DNA of 54,827 nucleotides, counting the filler, from Bipalium vagum (lineage: Eukaryota): assembly GCA_037834085.1 (NCBI GenBank). It is 2 parts of 2 records of this genome, joined end to end, with 100 filler letters (N's around TTAATTAATTAA, not from the genome) between each part and the next. Parts side by side here need not be neighbours in the genome. Positions count along the whole stretch, not along the records: positions 31,999 to 54,827 come from JBBMKC010215914.1; 1 more part is not named here. One strand, 5' to 3'. The position numbers were made by a program, and so were the translations under genes. Below, piece by piece: positions 39,200-50,600 of this stretch. Position 1 is the stretch's first letter. Each line of letters begins with the position of its first letter. Below the pieces are notes generated by a model, which saw only the letters and a program-made list of their open reading frames with translations, was not told where the DNA came from and ran no database searches.

Positions 39200-41996
39200 C
39201 ATTATTAGTATTGGTTCTTGTGGTATCAATTAAAAAAAACACTAATTCATCAGATTCTGATGTTTCTTAGGATTCCAATGTCTTTTGTTCATCGATTATT
39301 TCTTCTGGCACCACAGAATCTGGATACTGAACTTCTGTATTTGATACTTCACCACACTCTTTTGCAGTACCGAACTATTTATGTTTCACTAATAACTCCA
39401 TATAACTATTCAATGTATTAACTGGCTCGCATTGATCATCTACGTGAATCACCATAAAAATGTTTCTTCGTCTGCATTACAACCACAACATTAAATATTC
39501 GTCATTATCTAACTACAGGGCTTCTAACACAATTACAATAAATTATTGGTCACTTATTATCCTTCGAGCTCTTTCTCTCAAAAATTTTACCTTTGAACAA
39601 TAATTCACTTCTAAAATCTGATCTTCAAACCCGATCATTCCTAATTTTACCTTTATAGGCCTTTGATCAACTCCTTTTAACCGCACATACCTTCCATATC
39701 TACATATCACTGATCGGATGTCCGTTTGTTGTGCTCCAATTCAACAATATGAGGTTTTATCACCTGAACAACTTGCTCTAATATAGCAGGTGGTACTGCT
39801 AATTCAGCCACTTGGCTCAATAATTCTACTATTTTATCTTTGTTTCTTGGTGCTCCGTCAAATTCTCTTCTTAATGCTTCAAAATGTTCGACATAATTAT
39901 TTTTATTCGGTTCTACCAAAGCCATTGCAACATTCCCATTTGAATCGACACTTCGCTCCAATGAATCTGTTTGGCTTAATATCCTTACAACCTGCATCAT
40001 CATTGAAATAGGTCTACTACTATCACTACCACCACTCATATGAGCCAACTGCCTTCTCAACTCCTTCTTTTCAATTCTCAATCTTTCTGTTTTGTTCGTT
40101 CCGAATTGCAAATCATATTAACTTTTTTTATAATTAAATGCGAATTTTTTAACCCTCATCGGTGATGTTTTTTCATTTTAAGACGATTTTGCCATATGCC
40201 CATACTGCTTACACTTGAAGCATTTTACCTTGCCATCAATGTTCACATCGTTTCGTTGTTGATTCTTCAGCCAACAGCTGTCTTCTAAAGGAACTCTTTT
40301 ATTGCTAAACATTTTTTGACTTTACAACTACTCGCATAATAACCAGTTTCATTACAATTTTTGCATACAACATCTTTATTTTGATTCTGCTCCCGTCTTC
40401 GACTAAAATCTTTTTTGGTGCTCGGCAATTTCTCGCTATATGTCCAACCTTTTGACAATTATAACATATTTTGCCATTTTCCTCATTATTTCCACTCCAC
40501 TGCCTTTCTGGTACTCTTGATCGATTATTACTTTGTTTATTACTTATCATTTTACAAATGATTGGTTGTTTTCCTTGTATACTCATTTCAATTCTCCTGG
40601 CCTTATGCAACAGTCATTTAAATTCTTAGTCCACCAATCCAAGAGTTGATCTCAATAGCTGAACCATTCAAATAAACAATTTGTCCATAATAAGCTTTCT
40701 CACCATATCATTCCTCTGCGCCTTGGGATCAAAAGATCTTTGTGCCAATAGATTAATTTAATATGCATACTCGTCAACTGGCTCATCAGCTCTGTGTTTC
40801 CTTTGATGAAACATCTGTTTATTCACTCTGCTGATAACTCCAGGTATCAGCTTGTTGGTCCATGCAGTTACTACTTTTTCCCATGTTTTATCCTTTACTT
40901 CAATGTCGTAGAAGGAATTTCTTGCCATACCACTCCAATATATCGGCAGTTTTAGAATCATTTGTTCATCATCAGAATCAAAAGCTTCAACAACTTGTCG
41001 ATATTCCAATAAGAAGTCCGCGAACTCAAATAGTTCGCCACTAAACATTTTCACGGACAATTTCACAATGTCATACGTCATATTCAATGATTTATTAGTT
41101 TTCGCCTAAGTATTTTCAAATAACGTAACAGCATTGGATTCCTCAGATTCACTACTGTCCACTTTATTAAGCTATTCCGCTTTACACGATTGCCTTGTTT
41201 TCACTCCCAAATTCACTACACTCAGGTTTTTATTTCTCTTTCTAGGCAGACTCCAAAAATTATAAAAACCTTTATCCCAGAGTGGTCAATAAAGGTTAAC
41301 ACTGTCTGAGATTAATTTCCACAGAATTAAATCAACGCTCTTTCCACAAAAACAATTTCCAAAAAAATTTTCAAACTCACTTTCTCCACCAACTTTCACT
41401 CCTTTTTCACAATACTCCTTTACCAAAAAATTAACCTATAAATTTCGATTTCTATTAACCAATATTCCCATACCTCCCGCAATGTTATTATTCTAAAAGA
41501 TATAAATCAACTTTTCTGACTCCAAATTACAAAATAATAGTCCGTTCGAATGAATAATATTGTAATAGAAATCAATTTATTCACTACCAAATTCACTTAA
41601 CAATAAAAATGTTCAATTCAATTCTTCGTTTGCTTTTTCTGTTCGTCGTCGTTTTTCTGTCGTTTTGTTTCTCTTCTTTTAACTTTAATTTTTTTGTCTG
41701 CGGAGAATCTGGTAGTTGCTTATATATTCTACAGTTTCTTCCATCGACCAATCACTAATCACAACATGGATATCTTCCATCTTCTGACTTTGCCTACGCA
41801 GAAACCCTGAGCTTTCAACAATCCAGCTCAACCCAACCTTAGTCGTCTGAACTGAATAATTAACTCTGCAGCTGCTCTCAATATCAAGTTCACAAGATCT
41901 ATATCTCTGTGTGGCTTATCCTCTCCCCTTTTCCATTAGGATAATTACAATTCTGGAGCTTTAATTTTTCTGCTAGGCCCAAACGTGTTCGCCACA
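39200..41996 (-). mobile_element. Deleted Gypsy-like LTR retrotransposon: 5' LTR, broken gag, most of pol missing
   Basis: Capsid-like FSGELFEFADFL..RADEPVDEY; zinc knuckles CYNCQKVGHIARNC, CKNCNETGYYASSC and CFKCKQ..HMA; integrase C-terminal-like VIHVD near 39440. Confidence 0.8.
41483..41996 (-). repeat. Putative 5' LTR (514 bp)
   Basis: The minus strand starts TGTGGCG and ends AATAACA, with TATATAA (about 41720) then AATAAA (about 41578) in LTR order, upstream of gag. No second copy seen. Confidence 0.65.
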
Positions 41997-42814
41997 GCTG
42001 AATAATTAAATAGATAATAATCGAAAATAAATATGAAAATGAATATTATGAATGAAAATAAATATTTATTGTTTTATATGGGAAAGTGGGAATTATAATT
42101 TATCCATTTTTTATAATTTTTATTATTTATCATTATTGTTACCATATTAACACAAAAAAATAAAACAAAAATCACATTAAAATAATTAGTCAAAATTATT
42201 ATTATATAATTATAATATCATTATGATAAAATAAAAAAATCTAACTTTCTTTAAAACAAAAAATATTCAAATATTGGTCTTGAATACAAACAGATCGAAT
42301 TATAATTTTGTGAGATTTCTTTAAGTCAAGATTTAGTAAAGTATTTAAATAGTAAAACATTTAAATAAATATGATAATGAATAAATTTTTCAATATTTCC
42401 ATCAATTTTAGACATTTCTTAATACCAGAACAAACAGCGATGATTCATTATTGAAATCATTTATATCTACTGTCAAGTAAGTATATTCCTGTTGTTTTTC
42501 TTGTATAAAGTAAATCATCAATGAGTGATGAGTAAATGTCCGACGAAGTCAGACAATATTGAACACACTAAATCACAAACAGACACAGGCACAATCTTGA
42601 TTTTCCGACAAATATCCAAATACTCGTCACACACAAACACGTCTCACGGTCCAAAACGGATCTGTCTGGCTGCTGGACTACACGCAAAACTAAACAAATA
42701 TGTAAATTATTAAATTTTCACCAATTTGAATTTTATTTCTTAAAGTTTTTAATTGTTTTTCTTATTCTAGATGTATTTTTAATAAAATAAGTTGCTTTAA
42801 ATTTCCAGAATCTG

Positions 42815-43535
42815 ATTCTTCTTAGAAACTCCATTAGCCTTGATATGAGTCTATCTCGGCGTGGAGATAGAGTTGATGGCTATTAGAGAAAATAGCCGTT
42901 TCTATGTTTAGGGATTGGTAATCGTAGACCAATCTCTACGTCTATATAAAGAGACGGATATTCCCGTTAATGGCCCAGCGCTCAACAGAAAAGACAAAAA
43001 AGAAAACGGAGGATAATACGCCAACAGAGAATACGCCAACAGAGAATACGCCAACAGAGAATACGACAACGGGGAACGACAATTCAAGGAGATGACTATG
43101 AGCCGAAGACAGGACCTCAAGGTATTTTCAAGTGGATACGAATTCACAGGAAAATTCTACAAGGGGACCCAGCTAGCTTGGGAATCTCTAGGTGACCTGA
43201 GAAGGACTCGGGGACCCCTTGTCCCTCTTGGTGAGACCGTTTTATTTTACTCTTGACTCTTTCTTCTGTGATCATTTCTTTCTTCTCTTTTATTATAATA
43301 GTAACAATATTTTTTTTATTTATCATTATTCTTGGTGACATTATTATTTATGAGACTGATAGATTAAAGAGTGATTTAGCGAAGTGGATTGTCGTTGTGG
43401 TCATTATTTTTCAATGTGATTGTGTTTTGTTCAAATAAAGTTTTATTGCAAAGTTTGATTCAGTTCTTAAGGGTGCAGATACGGTATTGTGGTGAGTGTT
43501 TTGATTCGAAAAGGTTGAGAGGAGTTACGGACACA
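42815..43535 (+). other. GC-richer structured non-coding element, possibly a solo LTR or retroelement leader
   Basis: Serial hairpins, TATATAAA at 42943, tandem repeat, AATAAA at 43434, candidate end ..ACACA at 43535. No TSD or clear TG start found. Confidence 0.45.
43015..43070. repeat. 15-bp tandem repeat AATACGCCAACAGAG, 3 perfect copies plus a partial fourth
   Basis: Directly visible. Confidence 0.95.
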
Positions 43536-44655
43536 ACCATTTATAAAAGTGAGGAGTCACGAGCACACGTTATTACGTCTAAGTATAATAGTAATACATC
43601 TTTTCTCCTACTGGGAAAAGATATTAATAACATAATTACTTCTCTAAAGTCATGAAATTCATTATAATACCAAAGTATCGAAATGATAGAACAATTACAT
43701 TTTATTTATTTTTAGTATTAAAAAGAATGCAGATCAAAATGTAATTTCTCTTGACAAAAAATATGACTTTGAACTAAATCAATAGAAAGCAGAAAGAGGA
43801 TTACAAGATTTAACAATATTTCATAAACCTGTTACAAATACGCTAAGCACAAAGACATTGTCTTAAAGAATTAGAAAATCTAAGTTGTAAAGGATAAAAA
43901 CCAACAAACTATTAAATCTAAAAATAATCCCATCACATTTTAATAATAAGAACGGTTAATAAAAAATTATTTCCTAACATATAAAAATGCTCTTACAATA
44001 ATAACCATCAAATCGGGTAAATGTTTTAAAAATAATTCAGCGTTATACTTTATGATTGTAACACGTTTATAACTATAAGTGGAGATAGTATGGTTAAGGT
44101 TACTTCGTTAGACATTTAAAAATTATGGTAAAATCTATTATATTATTAATTATAAAATTGAAATGTTAATTAAAAGAATTTTAAATGAACTACGCAATCT
44201 TAAAAATAATTTCATTGGGGTAAAAAATGATTAATTAATACTGATATACCATGGATATACATACTGACTTTAACAATATACTGATAAATAAATTTTTTTT
44301 TGAAAAATTACTGTTAACAACTCCAACAAACTCAAATAGTATCACTAATATCATCAACAAATAATTAAATATTAAATTCTGACATTCTCTTGAGAAAAAC
44401 AAAGTGGAAATTTATTATAATTAAAAAATATTAAAATTATAAAATATCAGTAGTAATATTAGAAGTAAACCAACGACAAATTCTACAATTAAAAAACAAG
44501 TAGAAAGTATTTATTTAAATCACACGATGTAAACGAACTGTAATCATAATATATAACTGCTAGATAAATAGATACTTAAAATATCACTGTACACTGAAAC
44601 AGAAAATCTGAAGAAGTAAGGATAAAATGCTCGCGCAACACCAAAGTACTTTACT

Positions 44656-47600
44656 TTAGTGTCGATGTCTAGAACCAGATCTATATCGCCGTGAATGGTA
44701 CTTGTTTGAATACCCGGATCGTCTCTCGTGGGACCTGGATCGTTGTCGTCTTTTCTTATATGAACTACTGCTGCTATGAGAATAATCACTGCTGCTGTCG
44801 TGATGATTGCGAACTGGTCTTTCTCGATTTACAATATTTCTCAAAAAGTCATCCACTCTTTGTTCATACTGAAATAAATATCGATTTCCCATATAAAATC
44901 TTTAAAAATTTAGCGAAATGATGAAGTCCAATAAAATGTAATTTAAGCTACTTAATTTCTAAGCTTGAAAATTTTTTTTAAAAAACTTTATGACACTTAA
45001 TTATTATTTAAATTTAGTTTTATTGATCTCGAAGTCCAGTAGAACATATCTATCGATAATCGTTCTCACGTTCCGATATTTAAAATTATTTGATTAAGAA
45101 ATTTTTCAATGCCAAAAATAACTCCATTTTCATCTTTTTATTAAAATATCATTTATTTTCCAGACAGATAATAACTTTAAAATGTAACTTAAAGCAATGG
45201 AAAAATTGATGAGAACTGAATAGAGAATGATTTCAAACTATTTAATAATAAATTAGAATTAATTAGTTTAGAAATGCTAAATTCTGGTGAACATAAATTT
45301 AAATTTAAAAAATGTAATTGTATCAGAGATTCACGTTCAATAAGATTAAAAGCCCGTAAATATAAATATTTTTTAACTCATCCATCCATTTACAAAAAAT
45401 AAATAATAATTATTAGGAATAAAACGTATTTGAAAATTGTTTAAAACTCAATACAGAATTTCTATAGAGCTCCAAATTTAAAATTTATGACATATATTTA
45501 CGAAAAGATTCTTTTTTATTGATAAAATTTCAATGGTAAATAAAAAATTAATTTTAAATGAATTGTGCACCCAATTATTTCCATGAAATTGTCCAAATTT
45601 GTAATTGTTATTCAAATTCAATGGAAATTTTAAACATTAATATATAACAAATAAATGAGAACACCAATTGGTGATGAAACCGATTTAATGAAATGGTCTC
45701 AAAATATGTATAAAAGAAAAAATTATCAATACGATATTCTTCTAAGAAAGGTAAATCTTCAAAGAATTCTAAAACCTCAGATGCATGTTTCCTAATTTTT
45801 TTTAAAAAACTTTCAAAATTTTTTTTATTTATAATTTTTTAAATTTTTGCATAATTTGACTGATATTATTAATATAGAAAATATATTTATTGGTTCACGG
45901 AAATCTTATATAAAATACTTTAAAACTGCAGGGAAAGTGGCAAATTTTGAAGAGGCTGAGACTAGCTTTTGGCAGACAAAATGATATCAGATTTAGAAGA
46001 TATGCTAAAGTATACACAAATGTGTAGAAATATATTTTGAAGAACCGAAGAAATGTAAACAAGATATTCTTAGAGAAATGTGAACATTCGATTTCAAGGA
46101 AATGAAGAGTTCAGAGTTAAAATACAGGTAAAAGAGACAAAAGAAAGAGCAATAAATAGGGCTACATTAATCGGAACTGTCATCAAAGAAAATGCTTAAC
46201 ATATGGTTTATTAGATCATATACCCAGATCTTGTCCAAACAACTTTACATCTATTTTCAAAGAAACACAGCAATAACTCACAGAAAATAATAACTCCAAG
46301 AAGAACGAACAGACTGGTGGGAAGTAGAAAGTGTTATGTCAATACAGTAGAGGATATTGAAAATATTCGAATGAGATTCAAGACGCAGACCAGTATAAAA
46401 TTAAATATTGAAGACAATTATGAAGAGGATTGTGAATAAAACCAAAATGTTTCGGCCTCGATTAGAAGGGAAATGATCGATACCTTGTATTACAGGGAAT
46501 ATAAAATTCTCCAAAGAACAATTTTCAAAGTATTAAGTTTATCAAACTATCACTTTTAAATAATTTGGATGTGAAAATATATATCAGAGAAGAGTGTGAA
46601 CACCAAAATGTGGATATGCAATCAAGAACACCTCGTAATCAGTGTTCGTAATGTTTATTACAGCACGAAGATGCTAAAATTGAGAAAAACACACACTTAA
46701 TAGGTTAGAATTAAAAAATAATTTGGATCATTATCAAGATAATAGCCCAGAGATATTACGTATTAAAGACAAAAATAGAAAAGGAAAGTTTACAGTATTG
46801 GAAGAACGTGTAACACTAAGTGAAAGTGTGGATACTAGAAGAGAAATCTAAAGATTTTCTTGAACAGGCGCACAAAAGTCTTTCACGTGCTGGAGCGGGG
46901 AGAAAGTGCCCAGATATGTAATATCAAACTTTGATATGAAGAAATTGTATGGATATACGAGATAAGTTGTAAAGCAGTGTGATGCTTATCAAAGACCAAA
47001 GACATTAACAACATCAAGTGGGAAAAAATAATTTTGCCATCATTGATTGACACTAGATTTATTAAATTAATCGCGATTTCAAGGCAAGGTGGAAGCAATA
47101 ATAAGTTCAATTCTAAATGTATGAATTTTGATGTTTGGAGCTCTACGAGAAATTTATTTATTGTGTAAAAAGATTTGACTCAAAGGCAACAAAAATGTTC
47201 ATATAAAATATGAAGGCAAATGAATTTTTCCAGTCCTTATCACTACCGGACAAACAAGTTATATGAAAACAGAGAGAAAAAAGAATAAAGTTGGAACACT
47301 AGACTTCAAGAGGTCGAGTTTTCTTTTTATACAACTTACCAAAAATCTTTAGACTAATTTCCATCATAAGAATTTTTCGGAAAACAATATTTCGCGAAAA
47401 ATGGCTTTCAGCAGATCATATAAAAAAGAATTCAAGAATAAGTCCAGGCAAACGGTATTATGACCTTTTTAAAGATACTAAAATGGAACAGAGGCAGAAA
47501 AATCAGATTCTTTTGAAATTTCAGAGAAAATTCACGACAGGTGGTAAAACTCAGAGAAGCCGTGGTCGGGAATTTGAAAGAGATATGGAAAAGTTCCGTC

Positions 47601-50600
47601 ATTTTCATAAAGGAGGAACATAACAGATATATCATAATATTTTAGTAAGTCATAATTGAAGTTGTTTACATTTTCGAGAAGTTTTGAGACATTTAAGTAA
47701 ATGTTATTGAGGATTTGTCTTTTCATAAAGAGTTGAGTTACACTGAAGCTGATAATTATAATTTTAAAAGTAAACATTTTAAAATATTTTTCTTATTCTT
47801 AAGGCATGATTGAATAAATCATGATGTGTATATTGTGTAAATTCAAGCTTAATCATAATGAATCCCAAGTACTTATACATTATTTCTGCATGGGGTGAAA
47901 TTAGTTTATATGAACGAACACTGGAGTGTTTCAAAGTGATGATCAAAGTCTCCAAAACTAAGATTATTGAAGAATTGTTTCACATCTAAAGCCCAATTGA
48001 ATCCGGCTGTTCAAATACTTAGATAACGTGTTTAAGACGGTAATGTTTCTAGATCAACATTCGATGAAAAGTAGATTTTATACGACAAATGTTAGAAGCA
48101 GATGAAAACCCGAAACATGTCTAAACTATGTTTTCTCCTCTGAAGTTTGATAATTCCCTAATTTCTTAAATTCAGGTGAAATTATTATTATAACTCAGTC
48201 ATAATGTCCGAAAATTGAAATCATCAGCAGAAATTTGCTTCAAAAGTAACTATCATATTACTTCATCAGTATACAAAATGATCTTACATAAATTGCATTA
48301 TGAAGATTTAACCTTAAACCTCGGATCTTTCATCAACATATTATCACCTGTTCAATTATATGGATGATTTCTTAGCAATAAAATATACCGTGACCAAGGT
48401 ACTACTGAAACGACATTTTTTAGTTTTTTCGATTTATCAAAAAGGAACTGCTCCGTTGAAAAGTGCTTAAGCAGAAAAGGAAAATATTTAAATTCATAAA
48501 ATTTTACGTTTTTAAAGCAATATTTTGATTAATATTGAAAATCCATAATTTTTTACTGAACACCTTAATATGATTATTAAATCATTATTTTGATAAAAAT
48601 TAACATCCAAAACTATTTTTGACAAATTAAAATAAACAAAATCCTTTAAATTATTTTTAAATAAGTTCTAACATAATAATAAAAAATATTATTAATTTTA
48701 ATAAATAAAGAAATATTTGTGAGTATATTATTAATCGAACATGATACTTTTTTTTAAAAATTTCAGAAATCAATTTTAAATTTAGTTTTAAATAATCAAT
48801 TAAAAATTTTTATTAAAATTTCGATTTTATAATTAATATATCAATTATTTCAATATTTCCAATAATTGATCATAAATTAAAAACACATACTGAATATTGA
48901 GAATACACACGCTGATAGTTCGTCTGCTCTCGGAGATAGTCTTCATAATTCTGTAAAATATATTGACCAATATTATTATAGATCAAAAAAGAATAATTAA
49001 TCAAACCCCATTAAGGAAAACATCTGTACTATTATTATTTTCATATCGAGATCTATCTAAAACCATTGAATCTCAAATGATGCAAAACTAAATTTATAAA
49101 TGATACCCTTTGATCTAGATGATTCAAGATAGCCTTCCTTTCGCCTAAAATTAAAAATTATTTCATGAAAATTTTCCAAAAATTCAAGTTACTATAGAAA
49201 TTCGTGATTACTATTTATTTATTTTCCAACCCAATAATAATATATATGCGTTATCAGCATCGATAAATTATTTCCAATTTTTACTCGATCGATATTATGG
49301 TAAATATGTATATGTATATATCGTCAATAAAACAATCGTACAAATGTGCCAATACAAAAAAAAACAATACAAATAATTGGGCATTCAAATTTTAAAGTAA
49401 TACACCCGATATCACATGATCAAGTAAGTTTGGCCAAATGATAATAATAAATAAAATTAATTTAATGAATAAAAGTCGGTAGCTGTTCTCAATAATTTCA
49501 AAACCAGATGGATGCAGAGCAACCGCATTTATGGAAAACCAAAAATAAAAAAAATTATTATCACCAAATATAACAGAAAAAATCAATGCCTGTTTTTCTT
49601 TTTATCAAAAATAAAAAATCCAGATGATACGTAAAAGCCCGATATTGTCAAAAAACAAAACAATAACGAATCCAAATCATCGCTCGGGCACATTGTGAAG
49701 ATTAATTTTCACAAGAGCCAGCGGGCTGGTGGTGATAACAAAAAATATGCTTCTGAACCACGAAATGCGCGTGAACGGGTTGTGGTGTGTCACACAGTGT
49801 GGAACGCTCGTGAGACGGCAGATAAATCGAAAAGATACAAATATGTGCGCAACATTTTTATAAAGGAAAGTTCGATAAAATTCATCGGAAAATAAGTTAA
49901 TTTTTCGGAGATTAAATAAGGAAAATAGATATTTTGTGTGGAATAAGCATTTCCATTTCCATCAAACCAGGCGAATCCAATAAAGTCCAAGACCGACGTG
50001 AGCATTTAAGTCCATAATGTTTTTTTAAATGAAGAGCTTCTGACCTCATATCAGAATGAATTCGGCTGCTGTTGTGATATTGTTGTTGCTGTTGTTGTGA
50101 TCGGTAATCATCATAGCCTGATTCGCCATATGAGATTGTTTTATTGTTATAAATGTCTGGGTTTCGGCTGTCTGAGGGATGATTGCGATTTATATCTCGA
50201 TCTCTGTATTCTATGGGACCGAGTTTGGCTTTTTCAATTATTTCATTGAACGGACAATCGTCGTCTAGAACAAACAAACGACATAGAAATTCTCCGCACG
50301 ATGGCTCAATTTCCTATTGGTAATATACAAAGGAATAATGACGATTCAATATCTCGCTGGTTTACTTGTCCATCTCGACCGATTTTGACGGGTTTGTGTT
50401 CGTTCCATGCATTAACAAGGTGATTTGTTTTTGAAAAAGGTACTTCCTCTCTAAATAAAATTTCATAAGGTATCTACATGAAATTTACCATTAAAATTGT
50501 TTAAATGAAAATATATTTGATTTATATAATTATTATTCACTGGTATTTTTTAAAAAAATTGATTTAAGAAATAAAGTTAAAGTCAAATAAAATTTCTATA

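Noticed and set aside
42525-42550. Hammerhead ribozyme core
   Set aside because: GTGATGA..CGAAG deviates from the invariant CUGANGA..GAAA, and the three stems cannot be built.
43015-43070. CRISPR-like array
   Set aside because: Head-to-tail 15-mers with no spacers, eukaryotic context, no cas genes.
49912-50277. Standalone 121-aa gene, likewise ORFs 52556-52918 and 44656-44892
   Set aside because: These are YTHDC1 exons with read-through into introns.
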